From Octopus sinensis (lineage: Eukaryota), in assembly GCF_006345805.1 (NCBI RefSeq), contig NC_043000.1:17608001-17672000 (forward strand): 64,000 bases of DNA, written 5' to 3'. Positions 23,860 through 35,589 of the stretch are shown one piece after another; positions within the stretch are counted from its first letter, which is position 1; every line of letters begins with the position of its first letter. Made by a program: the position numbers and the translations under genes. The notes beneath the pieces were generated by a model, which worked only from the letters and a program-made list of their open reading frames with translations, made no database searches and was not told the origin of the DNA.

Positions 23860-24035
23860 AGCCACTACACATTCTTTATTTTCTCTCCTTGATTCTTTCT
23901 GTGTTCCTTTCTGTGTAAGAGTTTAGGCTCGAAATGTTAAAGACTTTTTCACTTCCCAAGCATTATACTAGTACATCTGTTTGTTGTCTGCACCACCTGT
24001 CTTCGTCTTTTGTTTTTTTTGTGAATTCTCCCCAT
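23860..24035 (+). mobile_element. Family P1 pLTR remnant
   Basis: Homologous to 4185-4390 and 19165-19345. Confidence 0.6.
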
Positions 24036-24232
24036 ATATATATATATATATACGGTTTAAGTAATTGAGATTCAAGTGAGTTCTAATGAATTCACATGAA
24101 TATGGTCCTTAACTAGGATGCACCAGAATCTATATGGTGTTACCATATGTCAAAGTGGGGTGATTACAAATAGGAAAAAGCAACAAGAATGGATCAATAT
24201 ATCGGTATATTGATCTATTCTTGTTGCTTTTT

Positions 24233-24314
<82 letters not shown>

Positions 24315-24419
24315 TATATATATAGTATATATATATATATATATGTATATACATATATATATATATATATGTATGTATGTATGTATGTATACATATATCA
24401 TGCTGGTGACACACAATAG

Positions 24420-24650
24420 ACACCTGTGCCAGTGACATGCAAAAGGTACCCATGCCGGTGACAGCTTCAAGACACCCAGTACATTCTGTGGAGTGGTTGG
24501 CATTAGAAAGGACATCCAACCTTAGAAACCAACCCAAAACAGACTGGAACCTGGTGCAGCTCTCCAGCTTACCAGTTACAGTCAAACCTTCTGACCCATG
24601 CCAGCATGGAAAGCGGACGTGAAATGGTGATGAGCATGATGATTATGATG
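24420..24650 (+). mobile_element. RTE 3' end (family C)
   Basis: Tail homology. Confidence 0.75.
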
Positions 24651-24675
24651 CTGCTGCTGCTGATATATGAGTGTG

Positions 24676-25048
24676 TGTGTGTGTGTGTGGCTGTGTGGTA
24701 AGTAGCTTGCTAACCAACCACATGGTTCCGGGTTCAGTCCCACTGCGTGGCATCTTGGGCAAGTGTCTTCTGCTATAGTCCCGGGATTTTTGTGAGTGGA
24801 CTTGGTAGACGGAAACTGAAAGAAGCCTGTCGTCATCATCATCATCATCATCATCATCATCGTTTACGATGATGATGATGATGATGATTGACGACAGGCT
24901 TCTTTCAGTTTCCGTCTACCAAATCCACTCACAAAAATCCCGGGACTATAGCAGAAGACACTTGCCCAAGATGCCACGCAGTGGGACTGAACCCGGAACC
25001 ATGTGGTTGGTTAGCAAGCTACTTACCACACAGCCACACACACACACA
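24676..25048. repeat. Near-perfect foldback palindrome of a SINE A head around a (CAT)n-CGTTTACG-(ATG)n centre; SINE 3' half continues to about 25320
   Basis: Arms are reverse complements and share the same private deletion (TATAGTCCCGGGATTTTTGTGAG). Confidence 0.9.
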
Positions 25049-25100
<52 letters not shown>

Positions 25101-25430
25101 CTTGTGTGTCTGTGTTTGTTCCCCTAGCATTGCTTGACAACCGATGCTGGTGTGTTTACATCCCCGTCACTTAGCGGTTCGGCAAAAGAGACCAATAGAA
25201 TAAGTACTGGGCTTACAAAGAATAAGTCCCGGGGTCGATTTGCTCGACTAAAAGGTGGTGTTCCAGCATGGCTGCAGTCAAATGACTGAAACAAGTAAAA
25301 GAGTAAAAGAGTAAAGAGTATATATATATTATATATATATATTTTCCATTTTCTATTTTCTTTCCTCCACCTCGCTCTCTATTTTGTATCCTATCTAAAT
25401 TAACTATTACTTAACCATCCTCTCACACCA

Positions 25431-25480
25431 TCTCCGATGAAAGGATATAATTAATAAATATCCTGGAAACAGCTGTAAGA
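25431..25480 (+). ncRNA. Minimal hammerhead-like motif with CCGAUGA core
   Basis: TCT-CCGATGA-A-AGGATAT loop ATATCCT-G-GAAAC-AGCT-GTA-AGA. Confidence 0.5.
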
Positions 25481-25866
25481 CCATCTATTTCTCTTGGTTT
25501 TTAAGTTGTTTTTTAAGTTGGTTTTTAAGTACTGGGCTTACAAAGTCCCGGGGGTCAATTTGCTCGACGAAAAGGCGGTGCTCCAGCATGGTCGCAGTCA
25601 AATGACTGAAACAAGTAAAAGAGTAAAAGAGTATTATATAATGTATAGAGACTTTACAATTTATCTGGGTATACTCTGTACTGTTTAGCAAGTATAACAT
25701 CTATGTAGCTGGACACTGCATCACATATAGACTGTATTATTTAACCTTTAGTTTCCACACAGTGGTATATTATTAGAAAGTTTGAGATCATGTGTTCTAG
25801 AGTGTTCTTTTAAAAGCTTGTATATGTTTGGTGTGTTCATTGGCATTTGGACATGTACGGGAATGA

Positions 25867-25900
<34 letters not shown>

Positions 25901-26211
25901 ATGTGTGTTTGAGTGATACCGAGTTTGTATTGTGTGTTAGGAGTTTGTGAGAATATGTGTGTGTGCGTACAATTCAGTTTAAGAATGTTTATATGAATGT
26001 ATATGTGTGTGCATGTGTTTAATGTTTTTTCTCTTCTCTTTCTCTTTCACTATACACACACACACACACACATACACACATACATACACACACATATATA
26101 CATACACATACACACATACACACATATATACATACACACACACACATATATATACAGACATATAGATATAATACTCATATTATGTGTCTATATATATGTA
26201 TATATATATAT

Positions 26212-26244
<33 letters not shown>

Positions 26245-27167
26245 GTATATATATATTACATCCACACACACACACTCAGCACACACACTATATATATACA
26301 GACATAGATATATATACTCATATGTTATGTGTCTATATATATGTATATATTATATATGTTGTATATATATATATATATATATATATTCATGTATATATAT
26401 ATATATGTATGCATGTATGTATATATGAGTGTGTGTATATATATATATATATTAAAACAACAATTCTTAAGAGCCTAGTCTTGTTTTTTAGAACTTGCCA
26501 AAGATGAACATATACATGTACACACATTTGTGCACACACACACATGTACACACCCACATGTACACACACACGTACATGCACATTTACAAGTACAATGCTG
26601 CATATAATCTATATACATACTGTATACCCCTGTGTATATATGCAAAAATTTAAAAACAACAGAATTGCAATGTTAAGGCTATCTACAACAACTAAATTAA
26701 TGCTGATGTAATTTTTAAATGAATATATGCTTATGTGTGTATAAATGTGTGTAGACACTGTATATATTACAGAAGTCAGAATGACATTAATGAAAGTAAG
26801 AAAGCCATAAGGTTATATGTCAGTAAAAGCTAATTTTGTATGAGAAAACTACAGAAATTATTGATCATACAATATTGAATATTGTTGGCAACTGCCTGGT
26901 AATGCGCCTAATATGGATGTATGTGTATATGCATATATGTATAGGTGTGTGTGTATGTGTGTATGTGTGTGTATCTGCATGTGTGTTTGGGTGGGCAGGT
27001 GGCTGTTTGTTGTCAAACTGAAATTACTCACTGAGACTTCTCAGAGAGTGAGCTCAGAACTAGAGTAAATGTTTACACTCTACTTTTGTATTGAGTACTT
27101 TTTCGCTTGATTAAACTCAAGAGCAACACCCAACTATGTATGCATGCATGTGTGTGTGTGGAATACA

Positions 27168-27330
27168 CCCATTTTTTTCTCTCCTTGTTTTTTCTGTGTA
27201 CCTTTCTGTAAAAGAGCGTAGGCTCGACATGTAAAAGACATTTTCTATTCCTGAGCGCTATACTAACTCATCTGTTTGTTTTGTACACTACCTGCCTTCA
27301 TCTTTTGTTTATTTGCGTAAACTTTCCCTT
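27168..27330 (+). mobile_element. Family P1 pLTR remnant
   Basis: AGAGCGTAGGCTCGACATGTAAAAGAC and flanks. Confidence 0.6.
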
Positions 27331-27331
27331 T

Positions 27332-27370
<39 letters not shown>

Positions 27371-27513
27371 TATATATATTATATATATTTATATATATAT
27401 ATTTATTTATAATATATATATATACGTGTATGTATGTATATATATATATTATATATATATATATATGGGAGAGTATTGTAGTTCGCTTGAAGCATTGTGT
27501 ATTGTTTGTAAAG

Positions 27514-27755
27514 AATAAAAAGTTTTGAATGGTACAACAATGCACTATAATACAAAAGATGGACTATATACCTGTAGTAATTTAGTTATCTATAGATCGA
27601 AGATATTTCAGAATAAAATTGCTTCTTCAGATATTCTTAGATGGAGTCGCTGCTATAATCGGTTTTCCAATGGATTATGGATAACTAAATTATAACAGGT
27701 ATATAGTCCATTTTTTGTATTATAGTGCATTGTTGTACCATCAAAACTTTTTATT
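27514..27755. repeat. Inverted repeat, arms about 80 bp, spacer about 80 bp
   Basis: 27514-27594 is the near reverse complement of 27676-27755. Confidence 0.9.
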
Positions 27756-27756
27756 T

Positions 27757-28655
27757 TGTGAAGACCTGATGAGGCAAGTGAGAATCAGAATCAAAATCGA
27801 TCAATGGAAATTGCAGCTGAGTTACCAGTGCCGGTGGCACGTGAGAGAACCATCCGAACGTGGCCGTTGCTAGTGCCGCCCCGACTGGCCTTGTGCTGGT
27901 GGCACGTAAAAAGCACCATCCGTTCGTGGCCGTTTGCCAGACTCGTCTGGCATGTAAAAAGCACCTACTACACTCACGGAGTGGTTGGAGTTAGGAAAGG
28001 CATCCAGCCGTAGAAACATCGCCAGATCAAACTGGGCCTGGTGCAGCCTTCTGGCTTCCCAGACCCCAGTTGAACCGTCCAACCCATGCTAGCATGGAAA
28101 GCGGACACTAAACGATGATGATGATGATGATGATATATATATGTGTGTGTGTGTATCGCTGATGTGGCCGATGACAGTACTGCCTGATTGGCACTTGCGC
28201 CAGTGGGACATTATAAGCACATCCAAGTGTGATCGTTGCCAGGACCTCGGATTAGCTCCTGTGCTGGTGGCACATGAAAAGCACCATTCGAGCATGATCA
28301 TTGCCAGTGTTGCCTTACCAGTACGTGTACCGGTGGCATGTAGAAAAACAACATTCACGCGTGGTTGTTGCCAATGCCACTGGACTGGCTCCTGTACAGG
28401 TAGCACGTAAAAAACATCTTTTGAATGTGGTTGTTGCCAGAACCACCTGACTGGCCCTCGTGCCGGTGTCACATAAAAGCACCCATTACACTCTCGGAGT
28501 GGTTGGCATTAGGAAGGGTATCCAGCTGTAGAAACTCTGCCAGATCAGATTGAACCTGGTGCAGCCTTCTGGCTCACCAGTCATTCAGTCAAACCATCCA
28601 ACTCATGCCAGCATAGAAAGCGGACGTTAAATGATGAAGATGATAATGATGATAT
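27757..28655 (+). mobile_element. Two tandem RTE 3' ends (27757-28133; about 28230-28655) with subfamily-specific VNTR units
   Basis: TTGTGAAGACCTG start shared with 17880; both end in the family C tail. Confidence 0.8.
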
Positions 28656-28990
28656 ACACACATATATATAAAAAGCATGTGCATTTTCTGTAATGAATTG
28701 GGAAGTGGTGATGAGTGACAATTCTGTAAACAATAATAATATTTTATAAGCTTAAAGCTCATAAAATATTATTATTATTATAATGTATAATGCAGTATAT
28801 TTAAGAGACCAAAAAAGTAAGATGCAAAAGAGATATTTTCTTCAAACTTGCCTTAACTTTGTTTAACAAAACCAAAAATTTTATTGAAAGAAAGGCATGC
28901 TTAATTATTTTTTAATGAAAAGAAAACACTGATTGCTTTTTATTCAGCAGATATGATTCAGCACTGTCCATTGGACGGGGTGGGGGGGCG

Positions 28991-29314
28991 TTATTCTTTT
29001 TGTAAGCCCAGTACTTATTCTATCGGTCCTTTTTGCCAAACCGCTAAGTAACGGGGACATTAAACACACCAGCATCGGTTGTCAAGTAATGCTAGGGGGA
29101 CAAACACAGACACACAAACACACACACGCATATATATATATATACATATATACAACGGGCTTCTTTCAGTTTCCGTCTACCAGATCCACTCACAAGGCAT
29201 TGGTCGGCCCGAGGCTATAGTAGAAGACACATGCCCAAGGTGCCACACAGTGGGGCTGAACCCGGAACCATGTGGTTGGTAAACAAGCTACTTACCACAC
29301 AGCCACTCCTGCGG

Positions 29315-29315
<1 letters not shown>
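28991..29315 (-). mobile_element. SINE family A lacking the terminal tail
   Basis: Reverse complement of the consensus. Confidence 0.85.
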
Positions 29316-29355
<40 letters not shown>

Positions 29356-29607
29356 ACATATCCATATATGCCAACACACACACACACATAATCATCATCA
29401 TCATCATCATCATTGTTTTCCATACTAGTATGGGTTGGATAGTTTGACAAGAAGCTGGCAAGTCAGAAGACTGTGTCAAGCTTGACTGTCTGCTTTGGCA
29501 TGGTTTCTTCAGCTGGAGGACCTTCTTTACGTATTATATATAAAGCTAAAACAATGCAAAAGTGCATTGTAACAACATCTGATAACCTGGTCGGTCATGT
29601 GATCACA

Positions 29608-29616
29608 TGATCATAT

Positions 29617-29657
<41 letters not shown>

Positions 29658-29850
29658 TATCATCATCATCGTTTAACGCCCGCTTTCTATGCTAGCATGG
29701 GTTGGACAATTTGACTGAGGGCTGGCGAACCAGATGGCTGCGCCAGGCTCCAATCTTGATCTGGCAGATTTTCTACAGCTGGATGCCCTTCCTAACGCCA
29801 ACCACTCCAAGAGTGTAGTGGGTGCTTTTACGTGCCACTGGCACGGGGGC
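29608..29850 (-). mobile_element. RTE 3' end (family C)
   Basis: (CAT)n-CGTTTAACGCCCGCTTTCTATGCTAGCATGGG. Confidence 0.85.
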
Positions 29851-29854
29851 CGCT

Positions 29855-29897
<43 letters not shown>

Positions 29898-29963
29898 CCT
29901 GCCACATATATATGTATGAGTGAGCTAACAAACAAAAGAAAGAGGTACTCAACACATTTGATT

Positions 29964-30108
29964 CAGTTCCACATGACTCGAAGTTTTGTGGGCATGTAGG
30001 GCACGTCCACCTTAAAACCTACTAGCTATTTTGAATTTCTCCCACACTACTCCTCACAGCTTCTGATGAGACGGACATGTCCACAAAACTTTAAATCATG
30101 TGGAGCTG
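29964..30108. repeat. Inverted repeat, 34-bp arms
   Basis: 29964-29997 versus 30075-30108, five transition mismatches. Confidence 0.8.
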
Positions 30109-30121
30109 AGACAAACTATTA

Positions 30122-30350
30122 TTAACCCTGTAGCCTTCAGATTACTCTGTCGAATGTAATGCATTTTATTCACGTTGTTTTTGAATTAATCACGTATTGT
30201 CTCATTGCTTTGAAATTTTGATGAAGTAATTGATAATTTTTAAAACAACAATGTAGGGTTGGTGTGAGAGGACAGATCTGGTCAGTTTGAACATAAAACA
30301 GGCAGAATACTTTTGGCTGGATATGGCCGGTTTAAATGCTAAAGGGTTAA
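30122..30350 (-). mobile_element. piggyBac-like MITE (same family as 20945)
   Basis: TTAA-CCCTGTAG...CTAAAGGG-TTAA. Confidence 0.85.
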
Positions 30351-30364
30351 ATATATATCTACAC

Positions 30365-30609
30365 ATATACACACATACACATGCATGCACACATACATAC
30401 ATACATACATACACACATACATACATACATACATGCATGCATACATACATACATACATACATGCATACATACATACATACATACATACATACATACATAC
30501 ATACATACACATACATACATGCATACATACATACATACATACATACATGCATACATACATACTACATACATACATACATACATACATACATACATGCATA
30601 CATACATAC

Positions 30610-30640
<31 letters not shown>

Positions 30641-30667
30641 CATACATACATACATACATACATACAT
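30365..30667. repeat. (TACA)n microsatellite, probably the expanded tail of the adjacent LINE
   Basis: Direct reading. Confidence 0.9.
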
Positions 30668-30908
30668 ACATGATGGCTGCCCCCTCATTATCGAGTATGG
30701 CCATTGCACGAAGCTTAACTGTTATTGGTGCTGTGATCGAATGTGACTTTTTAGCCCAGCTAAAGGTCTACAATGTCTTGTACAGAATTGGCAGCTAAAA
30801 CCTTTACCGGTAATAGCCGGCTGTAGTTGTAACTGGGCTTCATGTACCTTTGCATGTCGTTTAAGTCCTCCTGCCGAATTACACTCTCTTCCACATGCCT
30901 GACAGACA
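30668..30908 (-). mobile_element. LINE 3' end encoding two C2H2 zinc fingers, followed by 3' UTR and (ATGT)n tail
   Basis: CQACGRECNSAGGLKRHAKVH and CQFCTRHCRPLAGLKSHIRSQH; no TGEKP linker; ends GAGGGGGCAGCCATC(ATGT)n. Confidence 0.65.
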
Positions 30909-31217
30909 TAATTACATACATACATACATACATATACATATATACATACATACATACGTACATACTTATATACATACCTACATACATACATACATACATA
31001 CATACATACATACATACATACATACTTATATATTTGAGTAGTAGAATGAATTATCTTGTTATGGATAATTCGGTTAACCGATACCTGGGTAGCAAATTCA
31101 CATCAGAGAAGACACGTTTGAAGTTACGTGCTTTCGTGTGGAAATTTGTATGTTTTTTTTTAAAATATAAATATATGAAAGAATGGAGTTGAACGACGAA
31201 TTAACAAAATTCCTTTA

Positions 31218-31300
31218 TTTTTGACATATGTTTCGAAGGCTGCATATTCCTAATTGCGAAGGAATAAGGAGTATATTATGCCATTTTCTCATCAGGAAAA
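31218..31300 (-). ncRNA. Minimal type I hammerhead ribozyme motif
   Basis: TTTTC-CTGATGA-stem II-GAAAC-ATAT-GTC-AAAAA; first stem I pair mismatched. Confidence 0.65.
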
Positions 31301-31377
31301 GATTATTGCTATGGGCTCCGTGTGAGCAGTCATCTAAAAGTTTTTTGTGCATCTTGATGTTGACATAAGTTCCTTGC

Positions 31378-31460
31378 TTTTCCTGATGAGAAAGCGGCAT
31401 AATATACTCCTTATTCCTTCGCAATTAGGAATATGCAGCCTTCGAAACGTATGTCGAAAA
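31378..31460 (+). ncRNA. Minimal type I hammerhead ribozyme motif with canonical core
   Basis: TTTTC-CTGATGA-GAAAGCGGCATA...TATGCAGCCTTC-GAAAC-GTAT-GTC-GAAAA; 5-bp stem I; predicted cut after 31455. Confidence 0.75.
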
Positions 31461-31529
31461 TAAAATAAAGGAATTTTGTTAATTCGTTGTTCAACTCCAT
31501 TCTTTCATATATTTATATTTTTAAAAATA

Positions 31530-31567
31530 CATACTTATATACATACATACATACATACATACATACA

Positions 31568-31601
<34 letters not shown>

Positions 31602-31900
31602 CATACATACATACATACATACTTATATACATACATACATACATACATACATACATACTTATATACATACATACATACATACATACATACTTATATACAT
31701 ACATACATACAAACTTATATACATACATACATGCATGCATGCATGCATGCATGCATACATACATACATACATACATACATACATGCATACATACATACAT
31801 ACATACACATACATACATATATACATACACACATACATACATACATACATACATACTTATATACATACATACATACACACACACATACATACATACATAC

Positions 31901-31931
<31 letters not shown>

Positions 31932-32258
31932 CATACATACATACATACATGCATGCATGCATGCATACATACATACATACATACATACTTATATACATAC
32001 ATACATACATACATACATGCATGCATGCATGCATACATACATACATACATACATACATACATACATACATACATACATACATGCATACATACATGCATAC
32101 ATACATACGTACATACATACAAACATTCATAATTATATACATACACACATACATACATACATACATACATACTTATATACATACATACATACATACATAC
32201 ATACATACATACATACATACATACATACATACATACATACATACATACATACATACAT
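31530..32258. repeat. (TACA)n/(TGCA)n microsatellite
   Basis: Direct reading. Confidence 0.95.
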
Positions 32259-32970
32259 AACTGATGAAATACTTTGCTGTAACTCTTATTCTATCATGCT
32301 TAATAGGAATGAAAAATATCAAGTTTCAAGTATTTCATCGATTTGGGGTATAAGGATACATCTAAGTTTCACTGCAAAATATTTCTTTACTCACATACCA
32401 TGCCTGGCCATTTCTGCAAGTCCTATATATTGACAGTCCTGTACTGAATACTCTAGAAATTGCTTTACTTAATGAGTTGCTCAGAAGCTTTGCTAAAATT
32501 GTGTCAACTTCACCCATTCCCGTGGTGTTACCTACTCCAAAAAAGTTTGTAATTTTGTCCCTTGTCTACGAGGAATCTGGCGAAGGTGCCCCTCCATCTC
32601 ACAACTCGTATGCAGTATACATCTACACTCCTCAATTCTAGCATTTCTTACAGTCTCTGTAATCTACCTTTCATCATGCCAACTTTAATGGTAGCAGCCC
32701 TAAATTTCTGAATGGGAAAGAGTTTCTGGTGGTGGTGGTGGTAGTGATGGAGGTGGTGCTGGTGGGTAAGACGTTTGATGTCAGTCTGCACCTGAAAGAA
32801 AAGACTCTCTATGTGTGTCTATATGCACACACACACACACACACACACCACTCACACACACACACACATACACACACACACACATTTATATTCATATTTA
32901 TAGTTATATCTATATGTGTATATGTGTATGTATGTGTACGTGCTGTACCTATATGCATGTGTGTGAGTGT

Positions 32971-33014
<44 letters not shown>

Positions 33015-33729
33015 TTGTGTGTGTTGTGTGTACACAACGGAAAAACAGAGTACAGGACAAACAATACAAGGAAAATTCCCCTTCATCAGCTGCCCCTGGT
33101 TCGCCTCAATGTGTGTTTCAAAGGTAAGGGCAGAACACGACCTGGTCGAAGCAGTCCTTCCTGCAAAAGGAATTAAATAAAATTCTTTTGCAGAGGGGTA
33201 AGTATGCAAATGCATACGATTAAATGTTATCATTACATCCTGCTGGAATCGGCTCAGTCTTTCATCTGTCTCTGGGGATTGATTAAATACGTACCAGCAA
33301 TAAAACTATGGCTGGTTCATTCAATACTACTTTTTCCTTCCCAATTATAATTACTGATCAATATTCAATATTAAATATTTATAGATAATAAATTAAAACT
33401 GAAATAGACCATAACCATTGATGAGGATTGAACCAGGTCAGACAACATCTGAACCTTAGTTTGAAAGAAGGGAATGTGATCTCCCTGAATTGTAAATGTT
33501 ACCATCATCCATTAGTACACTGTAGATCAGTGTATTTTATTCATTTCTTAAACTGAATATCTGCCTACCTGCCTGCCTGCCTGCCTGCTAGTCTGTCTGT
33601 CTGTCTATCTATCTATTTATCTATCTATCTATGTTTTTGTTTTTATGTTTTCGTTTCTCATTGTGTTTTTTTATGTTCTGTGCCCATATATGCATGCATA
33701 TATACATATATTTGTAGGTATGTACATGT

Positions 33730-33930
33730 CTGGCACGTGTGTTGGTGGCACATAAAATCACCCACTACACTCTCGGAGTGGTTGGCGTTAGGAAGGGCAT
33801 CCAGCTGTAGAAACACTGCCAGATCTGACTGGCCTGGTGCAGCCTTCGGGCTTGCCAGACCCCAGTTGAACCATCCAACCCATGCTAGCATGGAAAGCGG
33901 ACGTTAAACGATGATGATGATGATGATGAT
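33730..33930 (+). mobile_element. RTE 3' end (family C)
   Basis: Near-identical to 18300-18490. Confidence 0.9.
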
Positions 33931-33984
33931 ATATATATATATATAAATTAAATTAGAGATAAAACCACTATTAGGCAAATCATT

Positions 33985-34060
33985 TATACTGTGAAATTTG
34001 ATTTAATCCTAAATCTAATTTTTCCCTGTAAGTTTGGATTTACTCCCTAATATTATTAAA
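33985..34060 (+). repeat. Unclassified AT-rich dispersed repeat (also about 139-220 and 42520-42590 on minus)
   Basis: TGTGAAATTTGATTTA...TTTTCCCTGTAA...GGATT...TCCCT is shared. Confidence 0.55.
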
Positions 34061-34878
34061 TATATATATATATATATATGACAGGCTTCTTTTAGGTTCC
34101 ATCAACCAAATCCACTCACAAGGCTTTAGTTAGTTTAAGGCTAAAGTAGAAGACACTTGTCCAATGTTCCACACAATGGGATTGAACCCAGAACCATGTG
34201 AGTGGAAAGCAAACTTCTTACCACACATCCATGCCTGAGTTCTATAATTTATTACTTATTACTTATAATATTTTTACTTCTTTCACTTTCACACTAACCT
34301 TCCTTTTTTGTATTGCTAGGAGAAATATGAATTAAAAAAAAAAGGAGCAGTTTGTTGTACTAGAAATGGTAGTCAATCTCTCTCCAGTCACACCATTAAA
34401 AAAAAATCAGAGGACACATTGAATTATGCAGTCCAAGATTGTATTCCCACTACAACTGAATAAAAGATGGTGAGGATCATGGCTAGATTGTCCTTCATCA
34501 AAGGCATATTCAATCAGTGTTCAACAAACAACAAGAACAATGTGAACACTTTCCTTCTCCTTATTTTCCATTCTTTTTTTTCCTCTTTTTTTTCTCCTCT
34601 CCAGCCACTAGTAGTAATAGGATCAAGTCAAACAAAGATACAAAGTAAAAAAAAAAGAAGAAAAAAAAAACAAAGCAAATGATAAATAAAACCAAAATTC
34701 TTTGAATGAGAATAGCCAATCCTGTTGTTAATGAAAATATTTAAGTGGTAACATTCTTGTGGGATGGATATATCTAAGTGGTTATTTACATGAGAATGAA
34801 TTACTTATGCCTTTACCATCAACATCACACACCCACATAGGCAAAATAATAATAATAGTAATAGTAATAATAATATTA

Positions 34879-34916
<38 letters not shown>

Positions 34917-34963
34917 AGCAATAATAATAATAATAATAATAATAATAATCATAATAATAATAG

Positions 34964-35515
34964 ATGCCCTGATGCAGTACCAGGCAGTGGTTCTCATGGC
35001 TTCTGATCTTAACTGATTGGAAGTGTTATCATGTACATTGTTTTGTCTTGGTATAAAAGATGGGCTATAGCAAATATTCTGCTCAATACCACAGATTTGC
35101 TTGTCAGTTGTTTGACCTTAACCAGTTGCGCATGTCCCTTAGAGGCTGATGATATGTGCATCTCTGATCATGAGCAGAAGTAGTGGGGGAGCATCATAGC
35201 CATGTGTTGAGAGGGATTCTTTAGGGTTTGAATAATTCACCTCTGGAAACATAGGTGTTTTGTTCAACATCTTTAAACAACCCTTGTTCAGGTACCTTTT
35301 GAGTGGAATGGGTTACTCGACCAGAAGAAAATTCTAACTGGGCCCCACCTGCAAGGTCATGTGCTGTTTATCTTGATATGAGATCATCATGTCGTGCACA
35401 TATGGTTGTGATGCATGTGCCTGGTGTACACTTATGCGACAGGTAGTCATGATGGGTATACTGGGCTTCGTATATTTTACCCTAGTGTCACTTTGATGGC
35501 ATGCATTGCTCTCTC
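34964..35515 (+). mobile_element. ORF-less dispersed element of about 550 bp (family E) embedded in (TAA)n
   Basis: Colinear second copy at 47271-47826, 3' fragment at 38474-38525. Confidence 0.8.
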
Positions 35516-35553
<38 letters not shown>

Positions 35554-35589
35554 TGATAATTATGATTTCATTTATTTGCCACAAAATAA

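Larger units (their letters stand above)
31157..31527. mobile_element. Inverted pair of about 145-bp Penelope-like pLTR remnants, each with a hammerhead motif
   Basis: Arms 31157-31301 and 31377-31527 are near reverse complements; 75-bp spacer. Confidence 0.8.

Noticed and set aside
32640-33170. Splice-like sites on both strands near 32655-32790 and 33090-33165, including an LLRPGR peptide
   Set aside because: Conflicting frames and stops; no recognisable domain continuation
35140-35185. CTGATGA inside family E
   Set aside because: No stem II-GAAA arrangement follows
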